Shown piece by piece: positions 1 to 9,146 of a stretch of 64,000 bases of DNA. The notes beneath the pieces are model-generated. The model did not search any database, had not been told where the DNA came from, and was given only the letters and a program-made list of their open reading frames with translations. Within the stretch, counting starts at the first letter, position 1, and every line of letters starts with the position of its first letter. The stretch lies in NCBI GenBank assembly GCA_044892505.1, contig CM097882.1:157790001-157854000 (forward strand). The letters run 5' to 3'. This DNA is from Schmidtea nova (Eukaryota). A program made the translations under genes and the position numbers.

Positions 1-372
1 GTGTGTGTACTAACCTTAGCAACCGTTGCTATGTGAAAAAAGTGGCTCCGTAACCTCACTTTCCCCTACTATTACCTAGTCAAAGGAAGAGAACAATCAG
101 ATTGATTAATCAATCGTTGAATCAAAGTCAGTAGTCAGTGATCGTAAATTTTAGGTATTATACGCTAGTTCTATTCAATCACGAAGTGTCGTAATAAGCA
201 ATGTGGTGATATTGAATTCATTGTGTCATTGTAATCTATAATTCCATTTGTGATAATCAATAAAAATTTATAGTTTTTGAAAATTGTTATTTTTTGGATC
301 AAATAAAGCATGATTTGAGTCAGAGAATTAATTGGAAAATTTATATTTCACCAACAACTTAATAATCCAATA
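1..372 (+). mobile_element. 3' part of a ~1.1-kb-family LTR (truncated by window start)
   Basis: Shares CACGAAGTGTCGTAATAAG, AATAAA and the terminal TTTCACCAACAAC...CCAATA with the solo LTRs at 14812-15914 and 46528-47628. Confidence 0.75.
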
Positions 373-443
373 TAAGTAACAATTAAATAAAGCTAATAAA
401 AATAAATAAACTAGTAAATCAAAAAAAAATTCTTTTTTCAAAT

Positions 444-767
444 CCATGCTTTATGCGAGCAGAACTCCACTTGGCTGAGAAATTTTTTTTTGCAATTTAT
501 ATTACATTTACACGCAAAATTTCTCTGAAGACACCAACACATTTACCTCTCGTCCATTGTTAAATGTATGGGGAAATTCAAATTGTTATTTAGTTAACTT
601 AATTAACTTTTTTTGGTCAAATTTATCAATTTCCATGTATTGTCACCGGAAGTGAGCAAGTGTGCAAAATTTGAAGTGAATCGGTTGAGAGAAAAGCACT
701 AAAAAATTGATTTGTAATTTTGTGGCACACACATATATATAGAAAGCAACCTTATATAAAGCATGGA
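444..767. mobile_element. small MITE-like element
   Basis: Terminal inverted repeat TCCATGCTTTA / TAAAGCATGGA; no ORF. Confidence 0.45.
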
Positions 768-3289
768 AAAATAGAAATGATTATTAAAAATAATTAAGTT
801 AAATGAATAATAATATTAATTAAAATAAAAATATGAATAACCCTTTCCTATCTTCTTTATTTAATATGTCCCGCCCGTTCCAATCCTATTAAAATTTCAA
901 AAAAAGTTCAAAAAAGTGCAATGTCATAATCGCTCTATAAACAGCTGGTCATAATATAATCGACAGTGCATTGGAAATAAACTATTCAAAAATAATTACA
1001 TTTTTTTACAGACAAAGGATAAAATGGTTAATTTTTTTTGTCATATTTTTATAGACACAGGAAAGGAAAGGATTAAGTAGCTAATTTTGTGTTAGGATCT
1101 TTATTTATCATAAAGAGCAATTGGGATCAGTATTATCTACTGATAATTAATTAATAACCCAGCAAGATGAACTCGAGGAGCAAATATGACTCAAAATATA
1201 TAATCATATTTCAAAATTTCTATTAAAATAGTGAATAAATTAATTCTTCGCCCGCAGTTTGCGTACAGTAACGTGAATAAACATGGCCGTCGTTAATTAA
1301 TCCTTGAAAATATTCACCTGTAAAAAATTGGCCAATAAAGCAAAAGGTTTAATAATGTTGGCTGAATAAATGGGCAATAAGTGAATTTTTAATTATTTCA
1401 ACTTTCTTTCTTGAATGTGTTCAAATGTCTTTTTTAATTATTTAGCAATTGCCGGCAGATTCATCATAAAGTTGCGAAAATAATTGATAAGAAACCATAA
1501 GAAAACTAAAATTGTCTATAAAATTAATAATATGCTTTAGTGAATGTTTTTACGGTTTATGGTTAGTTTTTTGCATTTTATATATTAAAAATATTTTAAT
1601 ATATCTGCAATTCCATTATTTACGTTGGCAGTATTTATTTTATAAATGTAGAATATAATAAATATGATTAAAAAATTATAAAAAATAATAATATGTTTAT
1701 GAGTATTTATAAAAAATTAATATAATTTTCACTTTTTTTCAGAATATAAATCTTTGCTATTTTTCTATTTAAGCATGACTTTTCGGTATAGCTTTTTTTT
1801 GAGTTTCTTTTTAATATTATTCATTTTTACAACTTTTAGTTGAATTGTTTTGGTTAATCGAAAATTGACAGGACAAACAGAACTTGCATACACTCATCTC
1901 TCACTTACCGCGGGTTTCGGTTTGTCAATTTTTCTAAGATTTTTCTTATTGGAAGAATTGAGTTTTAAAAATAAATGAATATCTTTAATTTTAATTTTTT
2001 TGCGCCAATTTTGAATTTTACCGCCGTTTTGAGTTTTTGCTAAAAAGCACAACTATTTTACAAGCGTTAGCGAACAACAGTGCCTCTGAGTCCCTATAAC
2101 ATATTTCTTTGTATTTTGATAATAATTAGACTCAAACAATTTATTATAGAACAAAAATACAAGACATTTTAGAAAAATATAATAAATATCAATAAAGTTA
2201 TCAGTAATTTGAATTCAAATAGAGACTGACAGGCTCTGTTGTGCTTTTTAGGGTTAAAGTAAATATTTAATTTTTTCGTGCAATTTTTGAATTTGAATTT
2301 AAAGCAAGTGTTCACTATTTTAAAATAGATTATTATTTGTTTTATTACTATTAATATTTATAAGTATGATTATTATTATTAATATTTTTATTATTAATAT
2401 TATTTTTATTATTATTGATATTATTATTTACTTAAAGTTTTTCTAAGTTCATTTACCAAAGAACTTTTTTCTTTTTTTCGAACATCCCCCTAATAGACAA
2501 AGATATGTTACTATTCATAAACTAAATATAATAAATTCTGCATAGGAATTTTTAAAAATTTTTTTTCAAAGACACCTTCCCCTATATAAAGACATTTAAA
2601 AATTTTTTCCAAGTGCGCGATGACTCATCATCGAAAACTTTTCTAAGATAAAGCCCCCCTGTTTAAATATAATTTTGGCATCGAGAATTTTGATAAGTTT
2701 AAACAAAGACTTTTATTAATATTATTATATGTTGTGTATTATTCATGCACAAGTATTACATTTGGATTGCATTCGTATTGTATTAATATTGCATTTTTGA
2801 TATTTTAATATTTTTTATAAATGTGTTAGTTATGCATATGTTGTGTGTATGTGTGTATTACTTATTCACGTGTATTGAAAATGCATTACACATGCGTTTC
2901 ACATGTATTGTATTTTTGTTTTTTTATTATTTTTTGATAAATATTATTCTATGAATTTAATGTGGGTGTATATGTGTTAGTCATGCACTTGCACTGCACG
3001 TGTATTGCATTAATTAAAAAAATATACAATAATACAGTTCTTTCTAACTATTATAAATTTGCATGATTAAATAGTCCAAACTGGTGAATATATATTTTTT
3101 GCATCAACCTTGCAACGCAGGCTGCATCTTCCGTTTAACATAATCTTGTTTCCGTACCATGCAGCCCTCGCATTTATTGGCGCAAGGGAACACCATTCCT
3201 TTTATTGGTAGGATTCTCTTAACTTCTAGATTATAAAAATGATCTCTGATTATCTCATGCAGCCAGATACCTGTATAGATGTAACAGTT

Positions 3290-4925
3290 GTAGAATATCA
3301 TCGCACGTGCGAAATTGTAAAAGTTTTCTAGGAGACCTGGAATGTCTTGGTACTATAGGATTTATTTAGAGGCTGCTTGAAATTCATGTAAACAGTCAAG
3401 GCAAATACGAAAGGAATTTCCAATTCTTTTTCATAATTTAATAGTATATGATCTACATCATATCCTTAAATACGGTTTAAGTGAGTTTAAAACTTAGAAA
3501 GTTTCTTGCATAGAGACGAGAAGTGAAAAGTTCTTAACTTTATCTGCAAGAATCGGTGGTTTAACTGTCAAATTTATCGATTCTTGTCAGTTTATAAATA
3601 GTTCTTTAAATGATGCTGTTAAAACTTTAAATAATTTTCATATAACACAATTAGAATTTAGAGGAACCATCATTATTAGTAAAGGTATTTTTTCCGTAAA
3701 ATATTGCTACTAGTCTGAAAGTGCTTTAGACAACTTTCGAATTGCCTCCAATTTAGGAAAATGTAACTGAAGCCCAGTACAATATGGCACAAGTTATATC
3801 GAGGGAAACAGATTGCGTTAATCTTTGTGATTATATGATGATTAATCTGAAATTTGATGTCTTCCTTCTTGCCAACTTTTTCCAGCAGTTTCGAACCAAA
3901 TCCTTAGCTCATAATCGTCTTGAACCTTTGAACTTTATAGGTATTCTAGGTATGTCTTGGAGTTCAGCTTTGATGACTTTAGATGAACCAATCAAGTTTA
4001 TCCAAAACATGGAAATGTATAATTTCTTTGAAGGTCGAATACATGGGAGATTTACATTTGTAAACAAAAATTTTGTAAAATCAAATCAAAGCACAGAAAT
4101 TTTATATATTGATATAAATAACTTATATATTTGGGCTCTTAGCCAGTATGTGAACTTTTCTTGGATTACCGATGGTAATGAACTAAATAATTTTATCAAT
4201 TTAATGAATGTAGATCTTGAATAACTTACATATGGTATAACATTTGAAGTAGATTTACAGATTCTCACATCTATTCATGATAAATCAAAAAGAAATATTC
4301 AAGACATACATTGATAAAAACACTAAACTTCAAGCAGAATCAATTAATACATTATATAAAAACAATTATAAACTTTTAAATAATTGTCTCTACGGTTTTA
4401 CCATAGAAAATCTTTAAAAAAAATAAATTTAAGGCTATGTAATTCGGTGACAAAATTAATTACATATGCATCTAAACCGGATTTTAAAAGAACATATAAA
4501 GTTGATGATCTAATCCAGGTTTTATTAAATAAAGATTCTGTATGTTTAGATAGACCTAGGTACATTGGACAAACCGTACTAGATCTATCTAAACTACGCA
4601 TGTATCAATTACAATATAATGATTTAGAAAAGTATCGTGTTGAATTTGATTGCGAAATAAATATAATTGCAGGCGACAGATTCATTCTTTTTAGAAATCA
4701 AAAGATTCAAGTTAGATGTGCTTTTACCTGCTTTGGTTAGAGATAATCTATTGGATACATCTAATCATGACACATCTCATCTCTTATGTTCAAGAGCCCT
4801 TGATTCCCTCATTGGTATATTTAAAGACGAAAATAAAGGGTGTAATATAAGGAATGGGTGTTCATTAGACCAAAATGCTACAGTCTTTTGGATGATAAAG
4901 GGATCATTAAATCTAAGGGTATAAT
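3290..4925 (+). pseudogene. degenerate protein-primed B-family DNA polymerase (Polinton/Maverick/adintovirus type)
   Basis: Fragments FPILFHNLIVYDLHHIL (~3417), EMYNFFEGRIHG and ILYIDINNLYIWALSQ (PolB motif A), SKPDFK and DRPRYIGQTVLDLSKLRMY; many stops and frameshifts. Confidence 0.8.
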
Positions 4926-4983
4926 AATTATTAATACTGGTGTGTTGGTTAGATGGACAACTGAGATCATTTGGATTTTATGC

Positions 4984-5155
4984 GTTAGGGTGATCTCACC
5001 AACATAAAAACCGATCCCCGCTGACACCCATGATGTATCCCTAACTACTCATCATGTTGGTGCTGTGTCAACGTTGTGAAATGACAAGGCAGGTGAGCAA
5101 CCTCGCGGTTACTATTCCCTTGTTTATTCACGGGTCCACCACTACCGATAGAAGG
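4984..5155 (-). ncRNA. conserved pseudoknotted cis-RNA element, copy A
   Basis: Sense CCTTCTATCGGTAG...CTGCC stem, GTAACC-GCGA-GGTTGC hairpin, CATGATG/CATCATG hairpin whose loop GTTAGGG pairs with downstream CCCTAAC; homologues at 11674, 43384 and 48117. Confidence 0.7.
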
Positions 5156-5330
5156 TTTCTGTGGATTTCATTCGGTCCCGATTATATGCGCTCTCTCGTT
5201 GTACTAGGGTAAACTCAATTATTAGGGTGCCTGTAACCTCAAATGAATCAGTTTGGTTTACTTTACATTTAATTTTCCAAGCATACCATAGACAAACAAA
5301 TCAAGCCAATCAGCGGTTACACCTTTATTT

Positions 5331-5888
5331 TTAGCTCAAAAATACAGACGGTCTGATCACATCTAATAACTGGTTCTCTGTGAGTCCGCTTAACAAATCC
5401 ACTTCAATGCCCAGTCGTTCGGCATACGCTCTGCGCTCACGTCGTTTCTTCGCCCCTAGGCGATTGCGACGTTTGGTCCTCTTCGAGCCTTCCGGTGGCG
5501 TCGATATCGCTGGGGTGGACGTCATAGGGTCGGGTTCTGTCTCGGTCTGAGTACTGGTAGTGATAGCAATCGTATCCACCCATCGATTGAATGTACTCGC
5601 CCGGATCATGGGGCGTAATTGTTGGGTAATGAACTCCTGCGTGGAGGTTTTCAGGTAATTGTGTAATTCAAGCTTTACGGCCACTACTTCTCTCGCTTGT
5701 TCCTCGGCTACTCGCTCTGCTCGGTACCGGGCTTGTAATATCGCTTTGACCCTCTCTGGATTAAACCAAGTGGTCTTGATGCGCTGGTGTTCTTCGTTCA
5801 ACTGGCGCAATCGACTCTCGAGAACCTTAGAGCGGGCCTTATGCTCCCGGGCCTCTCGCTTGTAATCACGGGAGTTTTCAGTATTCAT
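5331..5888 (-). CDS. LTR-borne ORF2, coiled-coil protein with arginine-rich motif (185 aa, intact)
   Basis: Homologous to 12051-12612, 42494-43069 and 48595-49179 (WF(N/S)PE, IRxxxFxRW, K/RxRLGxxxRRxRR); acceptor TTTTTCTTTGTAG directly before ATG; AATAAA right after the stop. Confidence 0.8.
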   Translation of the reverse strand: MNTENSRDYKREAREHKARSKVLESRLRQLNEEHQRIKTTWFNPERVKAILQARYRAERVAEEQAREVVAVKLELHNYLKTSTQEFITQQLRPMIRASTFNRWVDTIAITTSTQTETEPDPMTSTPAISTPPEGSKRTKRRNRLGAKKRRERRAYAERLGIEVDLLSGLTENQLLDVIRPSVFLS

Positions 5889-6120
5889 CTACAAAGAAAA
5901 ATGTGTGTTCAGTTCGAGTTATGATGAAACGAGGGTTGGGTGTTCCCGGCTGCCCCTATCCATTAAGTTGTTATAATTCAACGTTCTGTCAGTTTCGCAT
6001 TCTTTAAATTTCTCGGCACTCATCTCATTCAGAAATCACAACAAGACTTTTCTACAAAATTTTATTTGGTTAAAACAAAAATTCAGTTGGTTTCTTATGT
6101 CCCGATGAAGACATATCTTC

Positions 6121-6765
6121 CTAGAAGAAAGGCCGTATCTCTTGATCCATGTTTCGGTCATCTCGTCTCTTTCCATCGGCTTGGTACAGTTCTGGGGACG
6201 GGTGCCAACAAAGTTTATCTTTGTATGCAAACACCTCCCATAATCGGAGTTCGCTCGGATATGGGTTGGGCTCCAAGGTTACGCTTCCGGGCGCGTGTGA
6301 GTAGAGCTGGATTTCCCCAGTGTCGCTACACCAAGGCCTATCCAGGAGAAGATATCCGAGCCTATAGAATGCCGGGCCCGTCATGATTTCGGTGCATAGG
6401 ATCCAGCGAGGCTGTCCCGCTTCGTCAGTCATTTGGATGAACCATCGCGAGAGGTTCAGGTTGGGCTGGCTCGGAGATACCGACCAATCCGAGTCTCCTT
6501 CCCATCGCAGTTGGAATTCGAATGAGCACGAGGCGACTCTGGCCGCGGGGCTGGTGTGTCGTCGCGTCCACCTGCGAAGGTGTCGGCAAGCTTGCCGAAC
6601 CCTCTGAATGGGTGCGTCCTCCGTCCCTTGAAGTTTCCTTCCTCCTTGTCTATCCGTGTGCTGCTCAGACATGGAGTGCGGGGGTTTCCGGCTCCTTTTA
6701 ACTCGATTTGACTGCTGCTGGAATGATGAAGTCGACATCGGAGTGATAATGTTTTCGAGCTTCAT
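6121..6765 (-). CDS. LTR-borne ORF1, unknown function (214 aa, intact)
   Basis: Shares the WEG-x-x-x-W...FI-x-M-x-D/NE-x-G-x-PRWI pattern with 13023-13307 and, more weakly, 49506-49982; acceptor TTTATTACGACAG directly before ATG. Confidence 0.7.
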   Translation of the reverse strand: MKLENIITPMSTSSFQQQSNRVKRSRKPPHSMSEQHTDRQGGRKLQGTEDAPIQRVRQACRHLRRWTRRHTSPAARVASCSFEFQLRWEGDSDWSVSPSQPNLNLSRWFIQMTDEAGQPRWILCTEIMTGPAFYRLGYLLLDRPWCSDTGEIQLYSHAPGSVTLEPNPYPSELRLWEVFAYKDKLCWHPSPELYQADGKRRDDRNMDQEIRPFF

Positions 6766-7626
6766 CTGTCGTAATAAATAATTTTTGTTGAGTGATCATC
6801 ATTGATTTTTCGTTATGCGTTTATAGTCGATCATTCCACGCAGATTAGTGATTTAGTCGATCTTATGCATGTGGGTGGCTAGTAGCCAGACGGCTCACCA
6901 TCGGTTGATCGGTGTAATAGACCGTGCTATATTCGTGGGACTGTACGTTGGTTATCATCTGTCACTAGATATTGGTATCATTTTAGAATTATTGACAATC
7001 ACTCAAATCACACATCACAACCGAAATACTGGCATTTGTTTCATTACTAGTTTCTAAATCCCCATCACTCCCGCCAACATACATCATCACCCTTTGGGTG
7101 CCTCATCGGTATCTATCAATGATCATCGCTCTTTAGAGTGAATTGGGGTTTGGACCTAGTAAATTTTAACCCCTGTATGAAATGCTCATGCACTATCAAC
7201 CTTAAATTTTGGTGTTCACCCCTTGTCCTGAATTCTCTGTGGTCCGCAGTAGGTATTCTGTATTATCTCCACCTCGTCTGATATACGGTCGACACGATGT
7301 TTCTCGACATCCCATGTGCATCCCTTTCCCCGATCAATAATTAGTTAGTACACCTAGGGTCTCGCCGCATCAGCACCTCATATGAAAATATGTTGTGCCG
7401 AGAGACCGAGAATCCCGTCAGACCGTTAGGCCTTCGGGACGATCCTTACTGATTTTAATATTATTATGAGGGTTTAAAATCAAAGAAAACACCAAGTTAA
7501 CCATACCTTTTATTTCGATGCTACTTTCTCGTTGAAAATCTCACAAAGTTACAGTTAGTTCACATTCGATAAAATGGCTGATAACCAGTGACTGGCAAAA
7601 AAGTGACCCTCATACTGATTTCGCTT

Positions 7627-7668
7627 CAGTATTTATACTAAGTTTATGTTGTTGGCCGGCCAATCAGC
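7627..7668 (-). promoter_or_regulatory. LTR promoter (TATA plus CCAAT box), copy A
   Basis: Minus-strand GCTGATTGG followed ~20 nt later by AGTATAAATACTG; same pair at 41050-41090 and 50877-50923. Confidence 0.7.
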
Positions 7669-8127
7669 ATCGAGTATGTGTGTACTTATTGCTACTCATT
7701 TATGTTCGTCAGTCTTTCTGTGTAATTCTATTCAGTAAGTTGTTTATTTAACCATGCGTTAATTCTTTGTTATGATTTATTTTATTTTAGATGTTCGGTG
7801 ATGTCCGCCCACGTCCTGTCATATTTTCAGATTTATCTGATTTGCATGGGTGAGTTTTTATTGTTACTTTATTTTGATTTATTCTTTTGTTGTTTTCAGA
7901 TTCTGCCGCGTATAGCTGACTATTTGCTGATGGTAATTGATTTTTGTTGTTATTTTTATGTACATTTATTTCATTAAATTTTTATTACTTTTCAGGTGAC
8001 TGCTGATTTGTCTGGCCCAACATTAATATTATCTATAATATTATTATTATTTACCAAATGAATTGCGAATTTATTAAAGCTATGTAAACATAACAAAATA
8101 GAAAATAAAATTCAGATATTAAAATGT

Positions 8128-8218
8128 GCAGGATGTAGCTCAGTGGTTGAGGCACTCGAATCAAATATTTTAAATAATCTTGTTATATCAGAGGCTCGGG
8201 TTCAAATCCCAAGTTGTA
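8128..8218 (+). pseudogene. tRNA-derived sequence (SINE head or tRNA pseudogene)
   Basis: A box TAGCTCAGTGG and B box GGTTCAAATCCC with ~20 extra AT-rich nt between them; acceptor stem does not pair well; partial second copy near 9225-9260. Confidence 0.5.
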
Positions 8219-8320
8219 ATAATTTTTTTTATTTTTTCGTTTTTCTGAAAATCTTTTTACAGAATCAGATTCATCATATTGAGTTTGATCTAGATTAAAT
8301 TTTTAATGAATTGTGACAAG

Positions 8321-9146
8321 TGTTGGAGTTTAGTAAAAATTAGTCAAATACAAAATAAAAACCATAAAACTTAAAAAAATTAATAAAAATAGAAACTTTT
8401 GAAAATAAATTAAAATTTTTATTTAAATTCGAAAACAGAGAATTAGAGGGAGAATTGGTATGGGTGGATGCCGAATATTGAGACGAATCCAAAAATAATA
8501 AAATAAAATCTATGGGGGTCCCGAGAAAAAAAGAATTAACAAATTAATTAAGAATTAATTGGCTAATGGGAAACCCGAGACAAAAGAGAGACCGAATAGT
8601 GCGGGAAGCCCGGATGAGCAGTATGACAGGTAATTATTCCTGAAAAAATTAACAGTAGAGGAGACCCGAACAGCGTAGCTGACAGAAGGATAATAAGTAA
8701 TTTAGGAAATTTCAAATCGGGAACTACCGTCAGACAGCTTCAGCAGAGTTGAAAATCCATCAAAAGGAACACTATAAAAAGGAGTGGTAAACATCAAATT
8801 TTGCCAGAGTGGTCGAAGAAAAAAAGTAAATGAGTTACGAACGAGAGAAGCCAGAAAACGAGTTAGGAGTGACAGTTAAAAAGTTAGAAGTTAAATTCAT
8901 TCTTCAGGCGTACCAAAAAGGGAGATCTTCCTTTGGGAGACGTATCCCTGCGCAGAGTTGGAAAGCAGTTAAATAAAAGTTGTTGTGAAATTTAGTACAG
9001 AGACTTGTTATATCAAAAAATTGTGTCAGAGAATTTTGATAGTTTCCAATAAATTCTTCTGTGTTGGGTTATTTCACTGAATCTAGTTTAAATAACACCG
9101 AGGAGTCAGATTAACAGCTCCGGCTAAATAAACAAATACCCAAAAA
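8321..9146 (+). mobile_element. solo LTR (1.1-kb family relative, 826 bp)
   Basis: Starts TGTTGG, ends in degenerate CCCAAAAA, flanked by 4-bp TSD CAAG; shares CTAATGGGAAACCCGAG and GAGGAGTCAGA motifs with the other copies. Confidence 0.7.

Larger units (their letters stand above)
4935..8022 (-). mobile_element. solo ~3.1-kb LTR (copy A) of the giant retroelement family, carrying two ORFs
   Basis: Starts TGTTGGGCCAG on the minus strand like the LTR at 51287; other end CCAACA (4943) or CCAGTA (4935, which gives TTAA on both flanks); same promoter-ORF1-ORF2-structured RNA layout as 48037-51287. Confidence 0.75.

Noticed and set aside
2741-3010. TG/CAT-rich stretch as a structured element
   Set aside because: Degenerate low-complexity repeat with no consistent unit.
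5088-5098. GGCAG|GTGAGC as a conserved splice donor
   Set aside because: It is antisense to the element, and copy C has GGCAGGGGAG at this position; conservation is better explained by base pairing in the RNA structure.
4935-8022. Penelope-like or Helitron interpretation of the 3-kb ORF-bearing units
   Set aside because: No RT/GIY-YIG or Rep sequence, TGTTG...CAACA-type termini, and copy D directly abuts a Gypsy internal domain.
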